Shown in pieces: positions 7,995 through 17,279 of a stretch of 30,031 nt of DNA. The stretch spans positions 1 through 30,031 of the forward strand of contig JBOGGB010000194.1 in assembly GCA_050743605.1 (NCBI GenBank), read 5' to 3'. This stretch comes from Acidimicrobiales bacterium. Lineage in GTDB: Bacteria > Actinomycetota > Acidimicrobiia > Acidimicrobiales > RAAP-2. The first letter of the stretch is position 1, and the number at the start of each line of letters is the position of its first letter. Below the pieces are notes generated by a model, which was given only the letters and a program-made list of their open reading frames with translations, searched no databases and was not told where the DNA came from. Both the position numbers and the translations under genes were made by a program.

Positions 7995-10112
7995 TCAATG
8001 ACGCAGGTCTGTCTGCATCTCCGCAATCTCGGCGGCGCTGACGACAAGGGGTCCGCCGAGGACGGTCAAGGAGGTGATGGCCTTGGACTTTGTGCCGTCG
8101 AGCCCAACGTGGCCTGTGACCTCGAGGAATGTGGTGAGGTACGTGCCGATCACTGTCGGCCTCTCCGTCAGCAGCAGCGGGCGAGTCGTGCCGCCCGAGC
8201 CTGTCGCGGTCGCATGGGGATTGTCGAGCACCGCGCCGCACAGTCCGTCGGTGAAGCCGTCCCCCCGGGCGACCGTGACCCGGTGTCCCGGTGTCCAGCC
8301 AAGTCCCGCTGTGGCGTCGGCTGCCTCGAAGCGGGCCAGCTCCCTGGCCGTGTCGGTGTAGTCCTCCCCGGCGACCCGAAGCACCGAGACCCCGGTCTTG
8401 GAGACCAGCGCCTGCTCGACGGCGTCTGAGATCGCGAGTGTGCCTCCCATCAACACCACCTGTTTCACGCCGAGCTTCTGGACGGCCGTGACGGCTGTTG
8501 TCGACAGTGCGCTCGCCGGAGTGAGCAGGAGCGGGAGCTTTGTGTGGTAGGAGATGACACTTGCCGCCTGGGCGTCTTGGAATTCGACCCCACTCGCCAG
8601 GATGGCCGTCGGCTCCAGGGGATCGAACGGTGCCGCAGAACCGGTGCCCGCGGTGTCGTTGTACAGCCCGGAGCCGCCTGCGGCGTTCGTGGTGGAGTAG
8701 GCGCCGGGGAAGGCCCTCTGCCCCGCCGTGCCGACGTATTCGGCGACCTGCATCGCCGTCCCGTACTGGGTCTCTCCGTAGATCCGGTGCACGGCGATCT
8801 TTCCTGCCGACCGGGTCTTTCCGCTGCACGCGTACGCTGTGAGGCCCCCGATCGCGGTCGCGACTGCTGTGGTGATCGCAAGCGGCCCTCCGACCAGATA
8901 GACCGTCGTGATGCCCTCATCCCTCAGGGTCGTCGCCGTCACCGAAGGAAGGCTGGTCGTGGGCGTGAGCAGCGTTCCGGTTGTGAGATCCTGAGCAAGG
9001 AACTGGCTCGAGAGGGCGTCTTGGAACTCCTCTGTGCTCGCGACGATCGCCGTACGAGTCGAAGGGCACAAGCCCTTCGACTCGGGGAATGCGCGGGTGA
9101 ACTCCGCGGCTGCGGTCGCGTCGGCTGTCTGGCCGTAGATCTGGGTGACGGTCGGCTGCGTGACGGCCGTCGCGACCGTGCAGGACAGGTCTCCGTCGAA
9201 GTTCCCGCTCGGAAACTGTGCGAGCATCACCGGCCCAGCAGTGAACGAGCTCCCGCCGCAAATGTCCTGAGCTCCCGTCTCGTTGCTCGCTCCGGGAATC
9301 CAGGTGGGAATGCCGCCGAGCGTGGTGGTCGACCCGCTGGTGCCGCCGGTGATCGCCGCCCACTGATTGGGCGAGGCGTAGACGCCGACCCTCGGAGCAC
9401 CCGCCGCGCGGAGGCCGACCACGAACCCTTGGAGCACCGCCACGTTCATCGCGTGACCGGTTGCCTGCTGGCGCCAGGTGTTCGTCGTCTCCACGTCCAG
9501 CCACCACGGGTAGGCGCTCGGCGCCGTCGGGACGCTCACCGGTGGCGACTGCGCGTCGATCCCCTGCGCGGCTGTCTGCAGCCAAGAGGCGTCTTGGGTC
9601 GCCTGCTGGTCCCCGAACTCCCACGCGCAGGCCTGGGAATCCTGGCCGGCGGTCGCGGGCCCCGAGCTCGTGTCGACCGTCGTCGGCTCGCATGTCCCGT
9701 AGGGGGTGGAGCCGGACGCGGGCCAGCTGGACACCACCGCACCGCCGAAGATGTCCCCAGGATCGCTGGTGTTGACGTACACCGAGGCCTTGGGCTCTGC
9801 GGCGGAGCCGGCCGACGTGGCTACCGCCCAGTAGAGCTCGCTGCCCGAGAAGCTCGAGTCCGACGTCGAGACGCCGAGACAAGGGTTCAGGCTGCCCGGC
9901 ACCCCGTCGTTGACACCGACGATGCCGAAGGCCTGACCGGTGGGGAAGTGCGAGCCACACTGGGGGAAGGAGATGTCGTTGCCCACCTCGGATGCGGCCT
10001 TCGTCGCTGCTGCTGACGGTGGCGTCGCCCCCCCGAGGGTCACGAGCGCCATGACGGCCACCGCGACCGCAGCTGCCGCCGCTCGGGACTCGATCGCATG
10101 ACGTGACCCCAT
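7995..10112 (-). CDS. secreted GH25/DUF1906-like glycoside hydrolase domain plus three cell-wall-binding (CWB2) repeats
   Basis: GGAGG RBS and a signal peptide. GNDISFPQC, WWLDVET and VGVYAS are muramidase-like. CWB2-type repeats are QIYGQTADATA, RIYGETQYGTA and RVAGEDYTDTA, with FQDA, PLLLT and V(L/V)GG motifs. Confidence 0.8.
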   Translation of the reverse strand: MGSRHAIESRAAAAAVAVAVMALVTLGGATPPSAAATKAASEVGNDISFPQCGSHFPTGQAFGIVGVNDGVPGSLNPCLGVSTSDSSFSGSELYWAVATSAGSAAEPKASVYVNTSDPGDIFGGAVVSSWPASGSTPYGTCEPTTVDTSSGPATAGQDSQACAWEFGDQQATQDASWLQTAAQGIDAQSPPVSVPTAPSAYPWWLDVETTNTWRQQATGHAMNVAVLQGFVVGLRAAGAPRVGVYASPNQWAAITGGTSGSTTTLGGIPTWIPGASNETGAQDICGGSSFTAGPVMLAQFPSGNFDGDLSCTVATAVTQPTVTQIYGQTADATAAAEFTRAFPESKGLCPSTRTAIVASTEEFQDALSSQFLAQDLTTGTLLTPTTSLPSVTATTLRDEGITTVYLVGGPLAITTAVATAIGGLTAYACSGKTRSAGKIAVHRIYGETQYGTAMQVAEYVGTAGQRAFPGAYSTTNAAGGSGLYNDTAGTGSAAPFDPLEPTAILASGVEFQDAQAASVISYHTKLPLLLTPASALSTTAVTAVQKLGVKQVVLMGGTLAISDAVEQALVSKTGVSVLRVAGEDYTDTARELARFEAADATAGLGWTPGHRVTVARGDGFTDGLCGAVLDNPHATATGSGGTTRPLLLTERPTVIGTYLTTFLEVTGHVGLDGTKSKAITSLTVLGGPLVVSAAEIAEMQTDLRH

Positions 10113-10166
10113 GTGCCCTCCTTCCAGACCCCGCGGCGAGGGTACCTTCCCGCTCCCCGAAGGTCG

Positions 10167-10643
10167 ATGGACCGAGGCACCGGGGGTGCACCATCCACCG
10201 CATCGGAAGCCCTGAGCGCCACACTGGGCAACGTGCCGAACGTGCGCAACGTGCCGATCGGCCGCGACCTGCGTAGCCGCGCAGAGAAGCGCGCGGCATC
10301 CCGACGCCGGTTGCGCTCGGTCCTGGCAGGGGAGCCGGCGGTGTTCCCGGCCGTGCCCGCGCCGTCCCCAGGCGCCGGCGGTCCCCGATGTTCCCGCCAA
10401 CAAGCCGGTCGTCCCTGGCTCACCTGGGGCCCGCCCACCGGCAGGGAGCTTCGCGAGACGGCCCAGGTGCTGCGCAACCTTGCCGGCGCCGCTCCGCAGG
10501 AGCACTCGCGCAGGGACGTTCGGCTCCCGGATCGACTGACGTTCGCGGCGGACGTGCTCGACTCGGTCGCCCGTTCGTCCGCTTCGGGGACTGCCCGCTG
10601 TGTCGTCGACGCAGCGGCGTGGGCAACGAGTCCTCCGCGCTAG
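10167..10643 (+). CDS. possible hypothetical protein
   Basis: ORF fills the gap between the CWB2 gene and the MFS gene. No recognisable motif. Confidence 0.3.
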   Translation: MDRGTGGAPSTASEALSATLGNVPNVRNVPIGRDLRSRAEKRAASRRRLRSVLAGEPAVFPAVPAPSPGAGGPRCSRQQAGRPWLTWGPPTGRELRETAQVLRNLAGAAPQEHSRRDVRLPDRLTFAADVLDSVARSSASGTARCVVDAAAWATSPPR

Positions 10644-10704
10644 CACGCGCGACGCTGGTCCGCGGCAGCCGGCGCACCCCCCCGCAGAAGTAACGTCTGC
10701 ACCG

Positions 10705-12405
10705 GTGAGGGGGATCCGCCGGATGGTGGCCGGAGCTCGGGTGGCCCGTCGGAACGGGACGCTCGCACGGGTCCTGGGCGCCTACGCCACCATCGAGATC
10801 GCGGAGTACTGCACGTGGATCGTGCTGCTCGTCTACGCGTATCAGCACCAAGGCGCGACTGGCACGACCGTCGTCGTCCTGGTGCAACTGGTGCCAGCGA
10901 TCGTTCTCGCGCCGTGGACTGGCACGCTGGCGGACCGCCGCCATCCGGGTCACGTGCTTCGTCGCGCTTACGCGCTGCAGGCCGCGGCCTTCGGCGCCAT
11001 GGCCGCGACGGCGGCGCTGTCCGGCCCCGTCGCGGCGGTCTACACGCTTGCGGCGGTGGCCACGCTCGGCTTGGACCTGGTGCGGCCCTCGCAGGCCGCG
11101 CTGCTGCCCTCGATCGTTCGGACGCCGCGCGAGCTGACCACGGCCAACGTGGTACTCGGCTGGGTCGAGGGAGTCGGGTGGCTGCTGGGTCCTCTCAGCG
11201 CCGGAGTCGCGCTCGCGCTGGGAGGAATCGTGGCGGCACTCTGTGTCGGGGCGGCTGCGGCGTTCGTATCCGTGCTGTTGCTGCTACCCGGAGCGGGCGA
11301 TCGGGGCCCCGGGCCGGCTCCCGTCGATGCGCCGGAGCCATCTCGCGCGTGGTCTTCGGTGCGCGCCGCGCTCGCTGTCCCTGCCGTACGCGTGCTGGTC
11401 GCCTTCAACGGCTTCTTCTACCTGCTCACCGGCGCGCTGGACATCCTCTGCGTCGTGCTCGCGGTTAGCGTCTTGCACTCGGGTGATGGCGCTGCGGGGT
11501 ACTTGAACGCGGCGATCGGTGGTGGTGCCGCGATCGCCGGCGTCGCGACGGTGATCCTGGCCGGCAGGCCGCGCCTCGCGCCCGTGCTTGCCGGCTCCGT
11601 CCTCCTCGCGTCGGGCGCGCTGGTGCTCATCGGAGTCATCCCGAGCGTCGACGTCGTCGTGGCCCTCCTCGCAGTTATCGGCATCGCGAGCATGGTCTTT
11701 TTCACTGTGGCGCGTACGCTCCTTCAGCGCGCCGCGCCACCGCATGCGACCGCCATCAGCTTCGCGGCGGTAGAGACCGTCATGAACGTGGGGATTGTGG
11801 CGGGCGCGCTGGTCGTGCGTGGCGGCATCGCCGCCGTGGGCGCGCGCGACGCCGTCTTGGTGCCTGCAGCTCTTGGCGTCCTGCTGGTCATGCTCGGGTG
11901 GCGGTCGCTGCGGTCGGTCGACGCGGCAGCGACCATCCCCCAGGTCGAGATCCGGCTACTCCGATCCACCCCCATCTTCGCTTCACTCTCCGTGCCCACG
12001 CTCGAGGCCGTCGCGCGCCGGCTCGAACCTGTCGTCGTTCGCTCGGGCGGCGCTGTCGTGAGAGAGGGCGAAGCAGGAGATGCCTACTACGTTGTAGCCG
12101 ACGGGAGCTTGGCCGTGACGCGTGGCGGCACGCACCTCCGGACGCTCGGGGTGGGGAGTGGCTTCGGAGAGATCGCGCTGCTCGCCCGGTCGTACCGGAC
12201 GGCGACGGTGAGGGCAACGATCGATTCGCTTGTCTACGCGTTGGACGGTGACGTGTTCGTCTCGGTGCTCACGGGACGACCGCGCGCGCGCGACGCCGTC
12301 CGGCGCCTCGTCGCGTCGTACGGCGACACCGACCTCGAGGGACCCGGGTACGTTTCGATGGACGACGGCCCGAGTGATCCGCCATGGTTGGCGACCGGGA
12401 AATGA
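10705..12405 (+). CDS. MFS transporter fused to C-terminal cyclic-nucleotide-binding domain
   Basis: Multiple hydrophobic helices with GTLADR, followed by VVREGEAGDAYYVVADG and GFGEIALLARSYRTATVRA. Start is uncertain (10705 or 10723). Confidence 0.88.
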   Translation: MRGIRRMVAGARVARRNGTLARVLGAYATIEIAEYCTWIVLLVYAYQHQGATGTTVVVLVQLVPAIVLAPWTGTLADRRHPGHVLRRAYALQAAAFGAMAATAALSGPVAAVYTLAAVATLGLDLVRPSQAALLPSIVRTPRELTTANVVLGWVEGVGWLLGPLSAGVALALGGIVAALCVGAAAAFVSVLLLLPGAGDRGPGPAPVDAPEPSRAWSSVRAALAVPAVRVLVAFNGFFYLLTGALDILCVVLAVSVLHSGDGAAGYLNAAIGGGAAIAGVATVILAGRPRLAPVLAGSVLLASGALVLIGVIPSVDVVVALLAVIGIASMVFFTVARTLLQRAAPPHATAISFAAVETVMNVGIVAGALVVRGGIAAVGARDAVLVPAALGVLLVMLGWRSLRSVDAAATIPQVEIRLLRSTPIFASLSVPTLEAVARRLEPVVVRSGGAVVREGEAGDAYYVVADGSLAVTRGGTHLRTLGVGSGFGEIALLARSYRTATVRATIDSLVYALDGDVFVSVLTGRPRARDAVRRLVASYGDTDLEGPGYVSMDDGPSDPPWLATGK

Positions 12406-12468
12406 GCGGCGCACTGACGCCGAGTCCCACGTCCCAGCCGCGGCATCACGGGCAGATCCCGCACCGGC

Positions 12469-13935
12469 TCAGGCCGGGGACGTCCCTTCGGCCTCCTCGG
12501 TCGTGAGCGGTTTGGCGATGTCTTCCAGCGGTTTCTGTTCCGCTCGCACGCCGAAGCACAGCTCGGCGACTGCTCCCGACGCCATCAGGACGGAGCCGAC
12601 CAGGAAGGCCACCCCGACGAGCCCACGCGAGCCGGTCGAGATGAGGGGCCCGAACAGGAGCGGCCCCGTGATACCGCCGATGGCGGTCCCGATCGCGTAG
12701 AAGAAGGCGATCGACATCGCCCTCGTCTCCATCGGGAAGATCTCCGACGTGGTGAGGTAGGCGGCACTGGCGCCGGCGGACGCGAGGAAGAACGTCGCCA
12801 TGACGACGACGATGAACCCCCACTGGTCGAGCAGGCCGGTCTCGACGAAGAGCCCGGCCAGGAGCAGTCCGAGTACGGCCGAGCCGAGGTAGGTGCCGCT
12901 GATCATCGGGATCCGACCGACGGTATCGAACAGCCGGCCGAGGATCAGGGGGCCAAGGAAGTTGGCGGCGGCGTAGAGGATGAGGAATACGGGCGTGATA
13001 CCCGAGGAGATGCCGAAGAACTTGGACATCAAAGTGCCCAAGTTGAAGGTGATGCCGTTGTAGATGAACGCCTGGCCAATGAAGAGCGCGAGGCAAAGGA
13101 TCGAACGTCTGGGATACTGCCTGATCGCGGTCTGCAGGATCGAGCGGAATCCGATGGTCCGCCGTTGCCGGACGGAAAGCGTCTGATCGACCGGGCGGAG
13201 GCGCTCACCAGTTCGCGCCTGAACATCCGTCTCGATCCGATCGACGACTGCCTCCGCCTCGTCCTGGCGGCCATGGATGAAGAGCCAGCGCGGGCTCTCG
13301 GGGACGTGACGACGCACGAGCATGACGCACGATGCCAGGAGGATCCCGAGGACGAAGGTGAGACGCCATCCGACATTTGCCGGGAAGATCGCTTCGTCGA
13401 GGAAGAAGATCGCAAGAGCCGAGCCGATGATCGAACCGATCCAGTAGGAGCCGTTGATCACGAGGTCGACGCGGCCACGAGCGCGTGCGGGGATGAGCTC
13501 GTCGATTGCCGAGTTGATGGCGGCATACTCACCCCCGATGCCCGCCCCCGTCAGCAAGCGGAAGATGAAGAAGAACCAGGCTGCGAACGAAACGGCGGTC
13601 ACTGCCGTCGCCACCATGTACAGAGCGAGGGTGATGAGGAAGAGCTTCTTGCGGCCGAATCGATCCGTGAGGTGCCCGAATATGAGCGCGCCGCAGCACG
13701 CGCCGACGACGTAGAGCGCCGCAGCCAGCCCGATCCCGGCCGGATTGATCGAGAGGCCGCTTCCATGCTCGGTGAGCCGCGACGCCACAGAGCCGACGAT
13801 GGTCACTTCCAGGCCGTCCAGCACCCACGCGGTCCCGAGGCCGAACACCACTCGCCAGTGGAAAGCACTCCAGGGGAGTCGGTCGAGACGGGCTGGGATC
13901 CTCGTCTCGATGACGCCGAGCTGCGCGTCGCTCAC
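12469..13935 (-). CDS. MFS transporter (sugar-porter-like)
   Basis: AAGGAGGAG RBS, then IPARLDRLPW, DRFGRKKLF, GIGGEYAAINSAIDELIPA, VPESPRWL and SEIFPMETR. Confidence 0.92.
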   Translation of the reverse strand: MSDAQLGVIETRIPARLDRLPWSAFHWRVVFGLGTAWVLDGLEVTIVGSVASRLTEHGSGLSINPAGIGLAAALYVVGACCGALIFGHLTDRFGRKKLFLITLALYMVATAVTAVSFAAWFFFIFRLLTGAGIGGEYAAINSAIDELIPARARGRVDLVINGSYWIGSIIGSALAIFFLDEAIFPANVGWRLTFVLGILLASCVMLVRRHVPESPRWLFIHGRQDEAEAVVDRIETDVQARTGERLRPVDQTLSVRQRRTIGFRSILQTAIRQYPRRSILCLALFIGQAFIYNGITFNLGTLMSKFFGISSGITPVFLILYAAANFLGPLILGRLFDTVGRIPMISGTYLGSAVLGLLLAGLFVETGLLDQWGFIVVVMATFFLASAGASAAYLTTSEIFPMETRAMSIAFFYAIGTAIGGITGPLLFGPLISTGSRGLVGVAFLVGSVLMASGAVAELCFGVRAEQKPLEDIAKPLTTEEAEGTSPA

Positions 13936-13974
13936 CGCGCCTGCTCCTCCTTGAACGCCGCTACCGTCTTGACG

Positions 13975-14238
13975 GTGGTACGTCCCTGTCGCGTTCTCGG
14001 ACACCGTCTCCGTTTCACCGCCGAGGGCGAGGTCATGCGGTGGGCCTGCGAACGCGGCTGCGGAGCCAGCGGTGAGAAGCGGTATCCCTCGGCCTCGGAC
14101 GCCTCGCGGTACGCCGCGGCGTTCGACCGCAGTGACGCGGACACACTTGGCCGCGGCGCACCGTACTTCGGGCTGTTCCCCCTGCGCGTCTGGCACTGGG
14201 CGCGCCGCCGCAGGCAGGCGGGCGGCGCCACACGATGA
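13975..14238 (+). CDS. small hypothetical protein with Cys/His motif, divergent from MFS
   Basis: VRPCRVLGHRLRFTAEGEVMRWACERGCGASGEKRYP...RYAAAFDR...GLFPLRVW. Confidence 0.6.
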   Translation: MVRPCRVLGHRLRFTAEGEVMRWACERGCGASGEKRYPSASDASRYAAAFDRSDADTLGRGAPYFGLFPLRVWHWARRRRQAGGATR

Positions 14239-14504
14239 AGACACCCCGCGCTGCGGCGTCGTGCTCGGACTTGTGTGGTTGCGGATATGGAAGTGCGGCC
14301 GTAAGCAAGCAGACTCTCGACTACCCGGGAACGGACGTAGCAAACGGACGACCTGTCGGCCGTTTGGAGGTCACTTCGGGTGCCGGGAGCTGGGCGGGCA
14401 CGGCTGGCCGCCATCCCTGGAGCCGACGGGGGCGTCCGCGAAGTCCCCGAAGGGTACGTCCGCCGCGGTCAGCCCTGAATGCAGTTCTGGCGGCCGCCTC
14501 GAAC

Positions 14505-15773
14505 TCAGTTCGTGGCAGCGTCCCCGGCGACGGAATAGACGACCTTGGTGTTGCGGGTCTCGAGGAACTGCTCGAGGGTCTCGCCGCGCATCCCCGCATA
14601 GACGGCGGCGTTCGGCAGCCCGAGCACCGCGGCCAGCTTCTCGAGCATGAAGAAGATCACGCCGTAGCGGATCATGCCGCTCCAGTCGCGCCCGCGGACG
14701 AGGTCCTTCTCCTCCTCGCTCAGGTCCGACTCCTCGAGGCTGGCTTCCGGATCGGACAAGAAGTGCTCGCGGTGTGAAGGATCCACCATGGCATGTAAGT
14801 ACTTGTTCAGACGGTAGGCCTTCACGCTGCGTGCCAGGTCGAAGGGGTAGCTTCCGTCCAGCGCTTCGGCACCAGCCAGCTGCTCTGCCATGCGCAGGCG
14901 GTGCCGTTCGGCGGCGGCCGTCTGCACCTCGGCAGCCTCGTTGCGCAGCACGAGGGTGGCGATGCCGGTCATCGAAGGCAGGTAGTAGGAGCTGTGCACC
15001 CGTTCGACGTTCTCGGAGAGCGCCCCGCGCATGATCAGCCACATGATCACCTCGGAGCCCTCCATGCCGCCTAGGCGTGCGTACTCAGCATGGGTCATCT
15101 CAGCCAGGACCGCAGGGTCGTCGGTGATGACGTCCAGGAACTGTTGGTCCCACTCAGGATTGTTGAATCCGGCCCGCTCCCCGTGCACCTGGTGCGAGAG
15201 TCCGCCCGTCGCGACGATCGCCACCCGGAGGTCCTCGGGGTAGCTCTCGACCGCACGGCGCAGCGCCTTCCCGAGCTTGAAGCAACGCGCCGCGGTCGGT
15301 ATCGGGAACTGCAGGACGCCCACCTGGAGCGGGACGATCGTGGTCGCCCACCCTTCGTGGTCGTGGTCCAACAGGACCGACATTGGCGAGAAGAACCCGT
15401 GATCGAGTGCCTTGTCCTGGAAGAAGGCCATATCGAACTCGTCGGTCACCAGACTCCACCCGATGTGCTGGGCAAGCCTGGAGCTGCCTATGACCGGTGG
15501 CAACTTCCTCGGCCCGCCCCCTTCGTCAGCCGGGGCGTACTCCTCGCCGATCCCCAGGGTGAATGCCGAGTAGTGGTCGAAGAAGAAGGAGGTGACGTGA
15601 TCGTTGAAGACGTACACGATCGCGTCCGGCCTCTCCTGCCGGAACCACTCGCGCACCGGCTCGAACGATCGGAAGATCGGTGCCCATGATTCATCCTTCT
15701 CCTTGTGCGCGTCGTACGCGAACCCGATGGTCGGAGTGTGCGAGGCGGCGACCCCACCGATGATCAGAGCCAT
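14505..15773 (-). CDS. gallate dioxygenase (DesB/GalA type; LigB domain plus C-terminal LigA-like domain)
   Basis: SHTPTIGFAYD, FNDHVTSFFFDHY, LDHGFFSP, GGLSHQVHGERAGFNN, GGMEGSEVIMWLIMRGAL and C-terminal YGVIFFMLEKL. 422 aa. Confidence 0.9.
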   Translation of the reverse strand: MALIIGGVAASHTPTIGFAYDAHKEKDESWAPIFRSFEPVREWFRQERPDAIVYVFNDHVTSFFFDHYSAFTLGIGEEYAPADEGGGPRKLPPVIGSSRLAQHIGWSLVTDEFDMAFFQDKALDHGFFSPMSVLLDHDHEGWATTIVPLQVGVLQFPIPTAARCFKLGKALRRAVESYPEDLRVAIVATGGLSHQVHGERAGFNNPEWDQQFLDVITDDPAVLAEMTHAEYARLGGMEGSEVIMWLIMRGALSENVERVHSSYYLPSMTGIATLVLRNEAAEVQTAAAERHRLRMAEQLAGAEALDGSYPFDLARSVKAYRLNKYLHAMVDPSHREHFLSDPEASLEESDLSEEEKDLVRGRDWSGMIRYGVIFFMLEKLAAVLGLPNAAVYAGMRGETLEQFLETRNTKVVYSVAGDAATN

Positions 15774-15911
15774 GGGCCACCTCCTCGAGCCATGCGACGG
15801 CCGATCCCGTCCGCATCTTGCCCGAATCTTGCCCCGGGGACAACGGCCCGGGCCAGACGAACCTGAGGTGCGAACCCAGATCCGCGAGCCGTGTAGCCCG
15901 GAACAGGCAGC

Positions 15912-17114
15912 TCAGGGTGCCGTAAGGTCCACGTAGCACTCGGCGAGCCAGCGCTGTACGCCGTCGGAGCGCACAAGGTGGTCGAGCCGGCCGAGCTGGA
16001 GCCGGTTCCCGAAGTCGTCGCCCGCGAGGGGGTGCAGCATCGTCGTCATGTAGGAAGAGAACACCTGCGCGCGCCAAGCCCGGCCGAGGCAGCGGGCCGA
16101 GTACTCGTCCGCCAGGGTGTCGTCGGACTTGTTCAGCTTCGTCACCAGCGCCTCGGCCAGGTCGCGGACGTCGGCGACCGCGAGGTTCATCCCCTTGGCG
16201 CCCGTTGGCGGGACGACGTGCGCGGCGTCTCCCGCCAAGAACAACGATCCGAAGCGCATCGGCTCGATCACTACGGCGCGCATTGTGGTCACCGACCGCT
16301 CGAGGATCGGTCCCTCGGCGACGGACCAGTCGTCGTCGATGCGGAGCCGGCTGTGCAGCTCCTGCCAGATCCGTGCGTCGGGCCAGTGCTCCAAGGGCTC
16401 GCCCGGCGATACCTGGAGATACAGCCGACTGATCTCCGGCGAGCGCATCGAATAGAGCGCGAACCCGCGCTCACTGCGACAGTAGATCAGCTCCTCGGTC
16501 GAGGGCCGGGCTGCAGCCAGGATGCCGAGCCACGAATAGGGATACTCCTGACAGTGCACCTGAGAGCGATCGGCTACCGCCGCGCGCGCTACGCCGTGCG
16601 ACCCGTCGCATCCGGCGATCACCTCGCACGAGATGGTGCCGGGTTCGCCGGTGGGGGAGCGGAAGTGGATGCGCGGGTCGCCGTCGCCATGAGCCGCGGA
16701 GGCCTCGTCAAACCCCTCGAGCCCGGTCACCTCGGTGTCGAACCGCACATCGCCGTCCATGCCGAGAAGCTCGTCGATGAGGTCCTTCACGACCTCTTGC
16801 TGTCCGTAGACGACGAGCGACCGACCTCCGGCGAGCGCAGTCAGGGGCATCCGGTGGCGCTCACCCCTGAAGCGCAGCTCGATCCCGTCATGCACCAGCC
16901 CCTCGCGCCGCATGCGTCCTCCGACACCGCACGCGTCGAGGAGCTCAGCGGTGCTGTGCTCCAGGACCCCTGCCCGCACTCGCTGCTCTACGTATTCGCG
17001 AGAGCGGCATTCGAGGACTATGGACTCGATCCCTTCTTGGGCGAGCAAGTGGGAGAGGAGGAGCCCGGCGGGTCCGGCACCGACGATCCCGACCTGCGTT
17101 CGCAGCTGCTTCAT
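15912..17114 (-). CDS. pobA: 4-hydroxybenzoate 3-monooxygenase family flavoprotein
   Basis: GAGPAGL, RVRAGVLE, VYGQQEVVKDL, GCDGSHG, ELIY, GDAAHVVPPTGAKGMNLA and AECYV. Confidence 0.9.
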   Translation of the reverse strand: MKQLRTQVGIVGAGPAGLLLSHLLAQEGIESIVLECRSREYVEQRVRAGVLEHSTAELLDACGVGGRMRREGLVHDGIELRFRGERHRMPLTALAGGRSLVVYGQQEVVKDLIDELLGMDGDVRFDTEVTGLEGFDEASAAHGDGDPRIHFRSPTGEPGTISCEVIAGCDGSHGVARAAVADRSQVHCQEYPYSWLGILAAARPSTEELIYCRSERGFALYSMRSPEISRLYLQVSPGEPLEHWPDARIWQELHSRLRIDDDWSVAEGPILERSVTTMRAVVIEPMRFGSLFLAGDAAHVVPPTGAKGMNLAVADVRDLAEALVTKLNKSDDTLADEYSARCLGRAWRAQVFSSYMTTMLHPLAGDDFGNRLQLGRLDHLVRSDGVQRWLAECYVDLTAP

Positions 17115-17279
17115 GTGGCGCTCCCATCGAGCAAACCTCGTCGAGAAGGTCGGCTTCCCGTCTGCTGGCCCTCATGTGTGGGACTCCCCTCGGCGGTCGG
17201 CCCCCGGCGCCCGCCCGCCACAGCCTGCCCAGGAGGGTACGAGGCAGACTGTACGGGGCGGGCGCCGGTCGCGCACTTG

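Noticed and set aside
7969..8829. N-terminal extension of RNase Z in the 597-aa ORF call
   Set aside because: It overlaps the CWB2 gene in another frame. RNase Z homology starts at about 7968.
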